Part shown: positions 8,582 to 17,162 of the stretch, piece after piece
How the letters are laid out: each line of letters begins with the position of its first letter
Numbering within the stretch: position 1 is the stretch's first letter
Assembly (NCBI GenBank): GCA_964620175.1
Contig: CAZUIL010000003.1
Location: 4,281 to 68,280 of the forward strand
DNA: 64,000 bases
DNA from: an uncultured Candidatus Saccharibacteria bacterium
GTDB taxonomy: Bacteria; Patescibacteriota; Saccharimonadia; Saccharimonadales; CAYZZS01
Direction: 5' to 3'
Notes under the pieces: model-generated
Told to the model about the DNA's origin: nothing
Database searches by the model: none
What the model saw: only the letters and a program-made list of their open reading frames with translations
Made by a program: the position numbers and the translations under genes

Positions 8582-9859
8582 ATGATAAGATGTTGTATAG
8601 GAAGCTTTATGGAGAGGCGCAGAGACGAACATCTTGCATTGGGGCAGCTACCCGCAGTAACTGACGCTTCGGTCCCACTTGAAGTTCGCCTGGACAAGTT
8701 TCGTTATGCGCTCGAGCAGTATCCTAAGGAAATATTTGGGCCGGACGAACGGCTGCATTCCTTTGCCGAGGCGCTTGTTCGAAAATTGGACCATCCGGAG
8801 GTAAGGCGCGAATTCGGAAACGTATTTCATCTCCGTACCATAACTGCTCAGGACATTTCCATTCCTGTAATGGCCAATCTCACGTTTCGCGCGGTCCAGA
8901 AGCAACTCTTGCGACAACGTGAGGAGCTCAATTACCCTGAGGCCTTTCAGGACCGAGCAACATGGGAGAAGGCACTAAGGCCGCTATTGCAGCACGCGCG
9001 CTTGCAGCCTCAGTCGCAAAGCATTTACCCGGACTTATTGTGGAGGAGGGTGCAAAGCAACCTCGCTGTCCGTTACTTCACCCATAAAATACTTGCCCAT
9101 TTGTATAGGGATCTCGTTGGAGAAAATCCTACCATGCTCGACGTAGGCAGCGCGCAAAACCAAGGTGCCAAACAGCTTGCGTTAAACTTACCGTTCCAGC
9201 CGGTTTCGGTGGGAACGGCACTGGACTACTCCAATGGCCGCTCGCACCCATCAGTCGTCCACGACCATTCCCTCAGCGAGACATTGAACGGGCTGGCGAA
9301 TACCCCGATACAGTGGGGTGAAATTTACGGTGCTGACATATTCGAGGCTGAAGATCGGGAAAACCAGGAATGGGCTAAAAGCTGCTCATTTACGCCGTCG
9401 GAGCTTTTGGACCGGCGAAAGGAAGCCCAGTACGACAAGCGCAACAATGCGCGACCGGAGAACGTCAAATCCGTACGGTGGGACTTTGGAGCGCGAGAAC
9501 TTCCCGACATTTTTATTGACAGGCCGCCAGAAAAAGATAAAAACAAATTTGGCATTGGTTCGCTTACGACAGTGATTTACCAGGAGGGGGAAAACAGGCG
9601 ACGACGCAAAATTGTCCGGCTTCTCTCTAACTATGCGAAGGTACTGGTGGTACAGGATTTTGTCCGGCCTACGGGCAGCCGGTTCGGGTTTAGCGTGGCA
9701 GACGCGCTTCATGAGCGTCCGTTTGGCTACCGGATATACGTCCGTGACATTAGGCATAAGGAGGATGGATTTCAAGAGTTCGGCCGCTGGAACAATGGCC
9801 GGTGTACCGAACTATTGCTCGGCAAACTAGCCCTTGATCGTCTGGCGGAGTTTGCGTAG
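8582..9859 (+). CDS. hypothetical protein (425 aa), possibly a degenerate class-I methyltransferase fold
   Basis: Long ORF with coding-like composition. Weak SAM-motif-I resemblance (TMLDVGSAQNQG). An alternative start at ATG 8609 has an AGGAAG Shine-Dalgarno. Confidence 0.6.
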   Translation: MIRCCIGSFMERRRDEHLALGQLPAVTDASVPLEVRLDKFRYALEQYPKEIFGPDERLHSFAEALVRKLDHPEVRREFGNVFHLRTITAQDISIPVMANLTFRAVQKQLLRQREELNYPEAFQDRATWEKALRPLLQHARLQPQSQSIYPDLLWRRVQSNLAVRYFTHKILAHLYRDLVGENPTMLDVGSAQNQGAKQLALNLPFQPVSVGTALDYSNGRSHPSVVHDHSLSETLNGLANTPIQWGEIYGADIFEAEDRENQEWAKSCSFTPSELLDRRKEAQYDKRNNARPENVKSVRWDFGARELPDIFIDRPPEKDKNKFGIGSLTTVIYQEGENRRRRKIVRLLSNYAKVLVVQDFVRPTGSRFGFSVADALHERPFGYRIYVRDIRHKEDGFQEFGRWNNGRCTELLLGKLALDRLAEFA

Positions 9860-10447
9860 CGTTGATTTGACGCCCCATCTATGGGCGGAATCCTTCAGCT
9901 TGTCGGCAACAAGCTTGCTATAAGCGTCCGCAAAAGCTTTGTGCTCGTTAGTAAAATTTTCCGGGGGCTGGAAGAAACTGAAAATCATTGCCCCACCATG
10001 CTTCAAGCCGCGCAAAGGGTATACTATGCTGCACTCTATGCCCGCGCCAGCCTGGTTAAAGCGTGCCTGGCGGGCAGTCATCGCCGGGACGAACAAGTAC
10101 TTCCAGTCGGTAGTCATTTGCGGCTGGCCTGAGCGGATGGCCTTGGCGATTATGTTGTCCTCATCGTCCATTGGAATTTTTATTGCTTTGAACGGTTTGG
10201 CAGACATGTTTACTGCCCCTTCAGCATGTTCTGTGTCGGAGAGCGCTATCCGGTCAATGTTTTTCGTCTTACTGTTAACCATTAGCAGGACAAGGATGCC
10301 GAGGTCTATCTCGGTAGCCTTTAGCCGGTCACGGAAAGGAGCGTTTACGATGGCTTCATAGAGCCCTTCTTTGTTTTGTGCCGCGTTTAACAGTGCCTTT
10401 AACTGCTTGTAATACCGGCTCCGTTCAACCGCAACCTTTCTTGCCAT
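9827..10447 (-). CDS. GAF-domain-like protein (stand-alone)
   Basis: 206 aa with a GAF-like pattern by eye. Its 3' end overlaps the convergent 425-aa ORF by 33 nt. Confidence 0.45.
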   Translation of the reverse strand: MARKVAVERSRYYKQLKALLNAAQNKEGLYEAIVNAPFRDRLKATEIDLGILVLLMVNSKTKNIDRIALSDTEHAEGAVNMSAKPFKAIKIPMDDEDNIIAKAIRSGQPQMTTDWKYLFVPAMTARQARFNQAGAGIECSIVYPLRGLKHGGAMIFSFFQPPENFTNEHKAFADAYSKLVADKLKDSAHRWGVKSTLRKLRQTIKG

Positions 10448-10517
10448 AGTTACAGAATTATACCATTAAACCAGAGGTGCTAAGTGAGACTGAAGCAAAA
10501 GTTCAGCTGTAAGTACG

Positions 10518-10793
10518 ATGCCGTATAATCAAAGGATGGCAAAAGCAAGAAAAGCAGCCAAGAAGTTTGCAGTTTCCATCGTGGGCTTTCCTTTGCTCGC
10601 GTTCGGACTTGTACTGATCCCGTTGCCAGGGCCGGGACTGCTTCTCTGCTTCTTGTCGCTTTTTATTTTATCGCTGGAATTCGAGTGGGCCAGCAAACAC
10701 GTTGAGCGCGCCAAGGCACAACTACACAAGATCTACCAGGAAGCCAAAGCCCGCGGCGATAGGATTAGAGAAAAGGCAGAGACTAAAGACTGA
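10518..10793 (+). CDS. PGPGW-domain small membrane protein
   Basis: Two TM segments with LIPLPGPGLLL. Alternative start at 10536 (MAKARK...). Confidence 0.6.
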   Translation: MPYNQRMAKARKAAKKFAVSIVGFPLLAFGLVLIPLPGPGLLLCFLSLFILSLEFEWASKHVERAKAQLHKIYQEAKARGDRIREKAETKD

Positions 10794-10980
10794 GTAGTTC
10801 TAGCGCCCGGTGCATGACGAATGCCGGCCAGACAGCGGCTTTTAAGATGGCCAGCAAAAACCCGCCGAAACCTTCGGAATTCTGTACGAAGTAAACCAGT
10901 GCTCCAATGAACGATAGAAAATACATGCCCCCGAAACCGCCTTTTTCAACGATCTTTACTTTGCTGTCCCCTTTTGCCAT
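10783..10980 (-). CDS. small membrane protein (65 aa)
   Basis: Start moved to ATG 10980, which has an AAGGAG Shine-Dalgarno. MAKGDSKVKIVEKGGFGGMYFLSFIGALVYF...; two TM segments. Confidence 0.5.
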   Translation of the reverse strand: MAKGDSKVKIVEKGGFGGMYFLSFIGALVYFVQNSEGFGGFLLAILKAAVWPAFVMHRALELLSL

Positions 10981-11099
10981 GGTGTTCTCCTTATAACGCT
11001 TATGGTTATAGTATATAGCAACTGTTACGCAGGCTTGTAACATGGTGCCAATGTCATGGAAATTTTGTCGGCGGCTTTTTTCGCGGGTACAATGGTGTA

Positions 11100-12008
11100 A
11101 TGATAAAAGCTGAGCATCTTAGCAAGAGGTATCGTCGAAAACTGGCGGTCGATGATGTTTCATTTGAGGTAGCAACCGGGAAAGTTACGGGATTTCTGGG
11201 GCCTAATGGTGCCGGCAAATCTACGACTATGCGGCTAATGCTGGGACTTGACAAGGGCGGGGGGACCACCACCTTTGACGGGAAAAGGCTGCACGAGTAC
11301 GCCCAACCGTCGAAAGTTGCCGGTATCCTGCTGGAAGCCAAGGCGTTCCACCCGACGCGCTCAGCCGAGAGTCACCTGAAGGTATTGGCAGATGCCGGCA
11401 GTATTCCGCACTCGCGCGTGGCTGAAGTGCTTGAAATTGTCGGGCTGAAAGACGTTGGCCGCAAAAGGCCTGGAAAATTCAGTTTGGGCATGAGCCAGCG
11501 ACTGGGGGTGGCCGCAGCCATCCTTGGCCAGCCCAAATACCTGCTCCTAGACGAGCCGGCGAACGGGCTGGATCCTGAAGGAATTGCCTGGTTACGTGAT
11601 TTTTTGAAAAACTATTCCGGCGAGGGGAACGCTGTGCTGGTATCGAGCCATCTCCTCAGTGAAATGGCACTTATGGCAGATAACGTAATAGTGATAGGCA
11701 AGGGTAAACTAATTGCCAATACGTCAATAAAGGCGCTCGTTGCCGGCAATGGGCACTCGAGCGTTTTCGTACGCAGCAACAAGCGGCGTGCCTTGAGCTC
11801 CGCACTCGGTAAGGCGGGTTTCGCCGCCGACAGTCATGATGGTGGGTTGCTGGTGAAAGGCGCCAGGACGGACGAGATTGGAAAAATCGCGTTCAAGCAC
11901 GGCGTAACCATCCTGGAGCTGTCGCAGCGTAACGCCTCGCTTGAAGAGGCATTCCTTGAGCTTACGGCAGGGACCCAGGAATACCAGGCTTTGAAAGGCG
12001 GTAAATGA
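11100..12008 (+). CDS. ABC transporter ATP-binding protein (ABC-2 type)
   Basis: Walker A GPNGAGKST, signature LSLGMSQRL, Walker B LLLDEP. Confidence 0.9.
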   Translation: MIKAEHLSKRYRRKLAVDDVSFEVATGKVTGFLGPNGAGKSTTMRLMLGLDKGGGTTTFDGKRLHEYAQPSKVAGILLEAKAFHPTRSAESHLKVLADAGSIPHSRVAEVLEIVGLKDVGRKRPGKFSLGMSQRLGVAAAILGQPKYLLLDEPANGLDPEGIAWLRDFLKNYSGEGNAVLVSSHLLSEMALMADNVIVIGKGKLIANTSIKALVAGNGHSSVFVRSNKRRALSSALGKAGFAADSHDGGLLVKGARTDEIGKIAFKHGVTILELSQRNASLEEAFLELTAGTQEYQALKGGK

Positions 12009-12772
12009 TGGACGCATCTCTCAGGTCAGAATTTAGAAAACTACTGACTGTCCGTTCAACGTACGTAATGCTCGCCCTTGCATTATTGCTTGTTGGCGTC
12101 ATGGCCTTTTGGGTAGAAGGCTACAAGGGTATTAGCGGATCGCCGGCTTCGGTGCTGGGCACAGGTGCGATAGAAGAGATCGTTAGGAATACGGCTTTGA
12201 CGGCCAGCACGTTCGGCACCATCGTCGCTATCCTTATTATGGCCCATGAATACCGGTACAACTTGATTACGTATACCTTAACGCTTACTGGTAGCCGCAC
12301 AAAAGTACTGCTATCAAAAATCATCACCATGGTCGCTTACACGCTCGTCTTTACGTTGATATGCGGCATCTGCGGCGTCGTCTTCTACTATTTGGGCGTT
12401 TCATCCCGCGGTGCGGCATTGCCTCCACAGGATATTGACTGGCTGTATATGGCGGGCAGGATCGTATTCTACAACGTTGGACAAGTCTTGCTGGCTTTGT
12501 TGATCACCGTACTGGTCCGGAGTGTTACAGCGGCCATCGCCATATTTTTCTTGTTTCCTGCCACCGTCGAGCCGCTGCTTGGCTTGCTCCTAAATGAACG
12601 GGCAGTGTACCTTCCCTTTGCCGCGTTTGGCCAGGTAGTTGCTGCGCCAGGCAGCGAAACAATGGTTCAGGGGCAGCTGACGGTAGTGCAGGCTATCGTT
12701 GTCTGTAGCATTTACTTAGTGGCTGGCTGGCTGGTGACGTGGCAGGTATTCCTGCGACGCGATGCAAATTAG
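12005..12772 (+). CDS. ABC-2 family transporter permease
   Basis: ATGA overlap with the ATPase gene; about 6 TM segments. Confidence 0.75.
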   Translation: MMDASLRSEFRKLLTVRSTYVMLALALLLVGVMAFWVEGYKGISGSPASVLGTGAIEEIVRNTALTASTFGTIVAILIMAHEYRYNLITYTLTLTGSRTKVLLSKIITMVAYTLVFTLICGICGVVFYYLGVSSRGAALPPQDIDWLYMAGRIVFYNVGQVLLALLITVLVRSVTAAIAIFFLFPATVEPLLGLLLNERAVYLPFAAFGQVVAAPGSETMVQGQLTVVQAIVVCSIYLVAGWLVTWQVFLRRDAN

Positions 12773-12791
12773 CCATAAGCGTCGTTAGGCA

Positions 12792-12820
12792 TTGACAAGA
12801 AACAATCCATTAAGTAATAT
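12792..12820 (+). promoter_or_regulatory. sigma70-type promoter of the ArsR-family gene (leaderless geometry)
   Basis: TTGACA (12792-12797), 17-nt spacer, TAATAT (12815-12820), 8 nt to ATG 12829, no Shine-Dalgarno. Confidence 0.6.
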
Positions 12821-12840
12821 TTAACCAAATGGTTGAATAT
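12817..12840. promoter_or_regulatory. 11-2-11 imperfect inverted repeat, putative ArsR/SmtB operator
   Basis: ATATTTAACCA-AA-TGGTTGAATAT (10/11 complementary). Overlaps the -10 box and the start codon of the ArsR gene. Confidence 0.55.
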
Positions 12841-13158
12841 ACACTACAGCTTGATGACGTTTTCCATTCACTCTCCGATCCGATTCGGCGTGATATCCTG
12901 CGTCGGGCATCACGCTGCGAGCTAACGGTGGGCGAGTTGGTAAAGCAGTATGACGTTAGTTTTGCAGCAGTATCAAAGCATCTTAAGGTACTGGAAGCGG
13001 CCCGGCTTATAACAAAGCGAAAGGAGGGCAGGAAGCGTATGATTCGCGTATCGCCAGCCGGGCTTCGGCAAGCTGACGCCTATCTGGAGCAATATCGGCG
13101 GATGTGGCAAGGCAGGTTCGATAAACTGGAAATGTTATTAAACGAGAAGGAGTTATAA
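12829..13158 (+). CDS. ArsR/SmtB-family transcriptional regulator
   Basis: LSDPIRRDILR..., winged HTH (VGELVKQYDVSFAAVSKHLKVLEAARLI). Confidence 0.85.
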   Translation: MVEYTLQLDDVFHSLSDPIRRDILRRASRCELTVGELVKQYDVSFAAVSKHLKVLEAARLITKRKEGRKRMIRVSPAGLRQADAYLEQYRRMWQGRFDKLEMLLNEKEL

Positions 13159-13662
13159 ATGGCAGACGTAAAAGTAACCAAAGATCTGGAGAATAAGACA
13201 CTGACAATCGAGTATGCGCTCAGCGCTCCAAAAGAGAAGGTTTGGCGGGCCTATGCCGACAAAGAGTGGTTCGAGAAGTGGTGGGGACCGGAAGGTTGGG
13301 AAACAACTACTAAGCAGTTTGATTTCAAGCCGGGCGGCACAATCCATTACGGCATGAAGTGCGTAGATAAGAGCCAAGGTGAATGGTTTGGGCAGGAATC
13401 TTGGGGGCTGATGAAGATTGAGTCGGTTGATGAACCAAACAGCTTTACGGCAAAGGATTATTTTTCAGATCCCGAGGGCGGTATTAAGGAAGATATGCCA
13501 GGGCAGCAATTCGTAGTCGAACTCATCGAAGAAAATGGCAAGACGCGGCTTATTTCCCGCAGCATTGTTGAGTCAGCCGAGCAGCTTGAGGAACTTATAA
13601 AGATGGGCATGGTGGAAGGCTTCTCCAGCCAGCTTAATAAGCTTGACCGCTTGGTAGCCTGA
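13159..13662 (+). CDS. SRPBCC-superfamily protein (Aha1/AHSA1-like)
   Basis: 167 aa (WFEKWWGPEGW...). Starts 1 nt after the ArsR stop; ArsR-SRPBCC is a common gene pair. Confidence 0.7.
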   Translation: MADVKVTKDLENKTLTIEYALSAPKEKVWRAYADKEWFEKWWGPEGWETTTKQFDFKPGGTIHYGMKCVDKSQGEWFGQESWGLMKIESVDEPNSFTAKDYFSDPEGGIKEDMPGQQFVVELIEENGKTRLISRSIVESAEQLEELIKMGMVEGFSSQLNKLDRLVA

Positions 13663-13714
13663 CGGAAGCAGGTGAATATGGTGCAGGTAGGTGTAGCAGC
13701 CGATTGGCTAAGGC

Positions 13715-14242
13715 TTAACTCTCCGCAAACTCTTTCAAAAACGCAGTAGCCTTTCTGACGACAGCCTTGGATTTGTGACGTTGCTGGATTTTGAGCAATG
13801 CCACCGTTTCATTTGCAGGAAACTTTCCCGCTTTTGTAAATTGCACGAGTGTTGCCATCCCGTTTGCTGCCACGATCCAGTCGACATCTTTGCTAGACAA
13901 AAGTATCTTAAGCCAGCGTTGGACTGCGCTTCTTTGTTGGCTTGTTAAAGCGACCTGGGCGAAGATCTGTGCCAGGTGCCACTGGATAGAAGGCTGGCTG
14001 CTTGTGGTAAGTTCGTCGAGCAACTTGTCAACGTAAGGCTGCAGCCATTCAGGATGCTCACGGCAGACCTTTTCCAGGGCATCCGCGGCCCGCATCCGTG
14101 TCCACGCGTTTCCATCGAACAAGCATTCGTACAATTCATCAAGCCTCGACCTGTCATTCAGCACCTCTGCAATAACTTCATTAACCAGGCCAAGTGAGTT
14201 AGATTTACCGCCAACGGTCAGCATTTCTGCGAAACTTCTCAT
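13715..14242 (-). CDS. HEAT-repeat protein, DNA alkylation repair enzyme-like
   Basis: All-helical 175-aa ORF resembling the DNA alkylation repair family by eye (NAWTRMRAADALEKV...). Confidence 0.45.
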   Translation of the reverse strand: MRSFAEMLTVGGKSNSLGLVNEVIAEVLNDRSRLDELYECLFDGNAWTRMRAADALEKVCREHPEWLQPYVDKLLDELTTSSQPSIQWHLAQIFAQVALTSQQRSAVQRWLKILLSSKDVDWIVAANGMATLVQFTKAGKFPANETVALLKIQQRHKSKAVVRKATAFLKEFAES

Positions 14243-14295
14243 TCCTTAATCATAACAATGAACAGTGAAAGCCAGGTGATAAAATAGGGGACATT

Positions 14296-14649
14296 ATGAC
14301 AAAACACAGAATTTACTCAATGAGTTTTGCAAGCGTTTACCCACTGTATGTAGCCAAAGCGGAGAAGAAGGGACGCAGTAAGGCAGAAGTTGATGAGATA
14401 ATCCGTTGGCTGACAGGGTACAGCCAACAGGGCTTGGAGGCCGAACTGCAGAAACAGACGGATTTTGAGACCTTTTTTGCTAAGGCGCCTGGGCTGAATC
14501 CTTCTCGCAGGTTAATCACCGGAATAATATGCGGCGTCCGGGTAGAAGACATCAAAGAACCGACTATGCAGGAAATCCGCTACTTGGATAAGCTCATCGA
14601 TGAGCTCGCCAAAGGCAAGGCGATGGAGAAAATCCTAAGAAAACCATGA
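14296..14649 (+). CDS. DUF2200-family protein
   Basis: [39 protein letters not shown] matches the family as I recall it. Confidence 0.65.
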   Translation: MTKHRIYSMSFASVYPLYVAKAEKKGRSKAEVDEIIRWLTGYSQQGLEAELQKQTDFETFFAKAPGLNPSRRLITGIICGVRVEDIKEPTMQEIRYLDKLIDELAKGKAMEKILRKP

Positions 14650-14785
14650 TTTCTTGAAGTCAGGAAATATTCATAGAACGGAATTAATTAAGTAAGTAAG
14701 GTAAGTCCTGTGTAGATTTAGCAGTAAGAATTCTCATTATTTGGCAAGCCACAGGCTTTACTTTGATGAATTAATAATAACTTTA

Positions 14786-14837
14786 GCGGACGGGAGCTGT
14801 TTATGGTCTACAGACCTGATTACGAGCTCCCGTCCGC
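14786..14837. terminator. long hairpin, probable terminator between convergent genes
   Basis: 13-bp perfect arms GCGGACGGGAGCT (14786-14798) / AGCTCCCGTCCGC (14825-14837). 26-nt loop with an inner GGTC-TACA-GACC hairpin. Only weak T-tracts flank it. Confidence 0.45.
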
Positions 14838-14883
14838 ATTGTCTTCCGCTATTTGCTGGAAAAAATTGCTGCTAAAAGCATAC

Positions 14884-15372
14884 CTATTGCGTAAAAAAAG
14901 CTACAACCATAGCATATATTATCAGTGCAACTGCGTAGATTAAAATTACACCTGTAAAGATGAGAAGATCGCCGGTTGACGCGAGAACATCCCTTTCACC
15001 TATCGTCAAGGAGCCACCACTGATTATGATGCAAGTGACCAGGATGACCGCGATTGTTAGTAGACCGAGCACTAAAAAGGTATGTAATTGCAACGTTACA
15101 TTACTTGCATGCGCGTCACAATCACCAAACCTGCCAGTAAATAGAAACTTCCAAATACCAAGTGTATTAAAAGCTTCATCTGCGCAATTGCCTCTGGTAA
15201 CCTCTCGTCCACGGGCTATGCCTCCGATAAATTTAGGTGTACCAAAGAATATTATTGCTGCAGTGACGAGCCAAAGCGCGATGACTCGAACTAACGCTGT
15301 ATTTCGTGTCCGGGTATACACACTACCTTCTCCTTTTATAACGGTACTCATCCAGCAATCGGAAGTAGACAT
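14884..15372 (-). CDS. hypothetical membrane protein (162 aa) in AT-richer islet
   Basis: Four hydrophobic segments. Visibly lower GC than the neighbours. Confidence 0.5.
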   Translation of the reverse strand: MSTSDCWMSTVIKGEGSVYTRTRNTALVRVIALWLVTAAIIFFGTPKFIGGIARGREVTRGNCADEAFNTLGIWKFLFTGRFGDCDAHASNVTLQLHTFLVLGLLTIAVILVTCIIISGGSLTIGERDVLASTGDLLIFTGVILIYAVALIIYAMVVAFFTQ

Positions 15373-15745
15373 ATTGTACTTTTTATGTTGTAAAAATCCA
15401 AATCGGGCTATTTATTAAAAGACTTCAGGAAATGGTGATCTGAATATTCAAAAGGCACTATCAAGTTAAGTCTGCTGTTCGAATTAACAGTCGCTATTGA
15501 CTTAACGATGAGTTGTCAGATGGGGGAAAGTCGGGAATGTTCATGTACCGTTTTGGCATGGCGCTGCCGCGCAGCCTGCCTTCATGGGGATTTAAATCCA
15601 CGGTTGCCAGCTTATCGGTAACAAAATTTTTAGCGGCAATAAGGCGGCCTGCTATATACCCTAACCATCGTTGCCTGGAGTCATGTGGCTCTTGCTCGTG
15701 AAAATCTGCCAATTCGTTTAACCTGAATGATTATTCATGAATAAA

Positions 15746-15819
15746 TGGCTTCGGGACTAGGATTCGAACCTAGATTGCCAGGGCCAGAACCTGGTGTCCT
15801 ACCATTAGACGATCCCGAA
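15746..15819 (-). tRNA. tRNA-Gln (anticodon CUG), CCA encoded
   Basis: Hand-folded cloverleaf. Acceptor TTCGGGA/TCCCGAA (U1-A72), D arm GTCT-AATGGTA-GGAC, anticodon arm CCAGG-TTCTGGC-CCTGG, T arm CTAGG-TTCGAAT-CCTAG, discriminator G, CCA. Confidence 0.9.
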
Positions 15820-15921
15820 CTATCAGCATAAAAATCCTCAACATTATACAAAAATTTACTTCTTACGTACAGGTGTGCTACCCTTAGATAAAGCGCAAAC
15901 GTAAACCTATAAATAAAAATA

Positions 15922-16848
15922 ATGAAGACAATTTACTATAGCAATGCCCGGAATCCTGCGCTCCAAGTGCTTGAAAAGCCGAAGGTCGGCAGTTGGGTTC
16001 ATGTTGTCCAGCCAAGTGACGCCGAACTTTCTGAGCTTGCCGAAGAGCTGAAACTTGACCTCAACCTGCTCAAGGACGCCAACGATTTGTTTGAGACGCC
16101 ACGTGTAGAACAAGATGGCAAAAGCATCTACGTATATACACGGTACTGTTTTCCTTCGGGTACGGAGATTGCTACCGAGCCATTGCTCATAATCTACACG
16201 CCTGACTATCTGGTGACAATCATGCGCAACGAGTCCAGTGTACTGATGAACCTCACCGGCGGTTTGGTAACGGTGCTGACGACGCAACGCACCAAAACGT
16301 TTCTGCAGATATTATCCGCTGTCAACATGTCGTATACCCGCCATATCCATAAGATCAGCCGGCAAATCCTCAGCATCCGCGGCATGCTCCGCAAAACGTC
16401 GATTAACAACCAAGTGTTCATTGACTTTATCGACATCGAGGAAGACCTCAATGAAATCCTCTCTGCGCTGCAATCACAAGGCGTGATACTACGGACACTG
16501 CTGAGCGGCCGGTTCATTAAACTGTACGAAGAAGACGAAGACCTGATCGAGGACCTCTCGCTCGGTACGAACGAGCTTATCGAGCTGTCGCGCAGCCGGC
16601 TGGTCACTATTTCCACGACGCGGGAAGCCTACTCAACCATCATGGCCAATAACCTTAATAAGATATTTAAGCTGCTTACCAGTATCGGCATATTCCTCTC
16701 AATCCCAATGATTATTACCAGTTTGTACGGTATGAATGTCACGTTGCCACTCACGAACCACCCCGGAGCGTTTTGGATTATTGTCGCGCTGACCACGGGA
16801 TTTACAGCGTTTTCTATCTGGCTGTTCAAAAAACTACGCTGGCTGTAG
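15922..16848 (+). CDS. corA: CorA-family magnesium/cobalt transporter
   Basis: 308 aa, two C-terminal TM helices with the YGMN motif (SLYGMNV). Confidence 0.85.
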   Translation: MKTIYYSNARNPALQVLEKPKVGSWVHVVQPSDAELSELAEELKLDLNLLKDANDLFETPRVEQDGKSIYVYTRYCFPSGTEIATEPLLIIYTPDYLVTIMRNESSVLMNLTGGLVTVLTTQRTKTFLQILSAVNMSYTRHIHKISRQILSIRGMLRKTSINNQVFIDFIDIEEDLNEILSALQSQGVILRTLLSGRFIKLYEEDEDLIEDLSLGTNELIELSRSRLVTISTTREAYSTIMANNLNKIFKLLTSIGIFLSIPMIITSLYGMNVTLPLTNHPGAFWIIVALTTGFTAFSIWLFKKLRWL

Positions 16849-16909
16849 CGCAAGAATTCTTACTTTTCTAAGCAGGCGGGCGCACTATTATAAAAAGTGA
16901 GGAGGTGAC

Positions 16910-17152
16910 ATGGCTGAAACCGAAGCTATAACGCCGACAAGCGGCATCTGGGATTTGGATATCGCCGAGGTAACGGGCCATAATATCGAAACGCAGGGCC
17001 GGGAGGAGGTCAACAGGCTGCTCACGGAAGGGTGGCTGCTCCTCCATATCTACACGCTCAAGTACCGCGAAGATGGGGTATGGCGGGAGCGCCCAATGGC
17101 GATACTCGGCCGGCCGCATCGAAAAGGGAAAGCCAAACGGTCAGCAAAGTAG
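16910..17152 (+). CDS. hypothetical protein (80 aa)
   Basis: GAGGAGG Shine-Dalgarno 5 nt upstream of ATG. Basic C-terminus. Confidence 0.5.
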   Translation: MAETEAITPTSGIWDLDIAEVTGHNIETQGREEVNRLLTEGWLLLHIYTLKYREDGVWRERPMAILGRPHRKGKAKRSAK

Positions 17153-17162
17153 CCAGCCTGGC

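Noticed and set aside
14689-14706. TAAG TAAG TAAG gTAAG micro-repeat.
   Set aside because: Only about four units in an AT-rich spacer, so too short to call a functional repeat or phase-variation tract.
14650-14900. Search for a direct repeat of the tRNA-Gln 3' end (att site) at the far edge of the AT-rich islet.
   Set aside because: No convincing copy of TGGCTTCGGGACTAGG... was found by eye (only a 4-nt TGGC match), and there is no integrase. The mobile-element interpretation therefore stays speculative and is not annotated as a feature.
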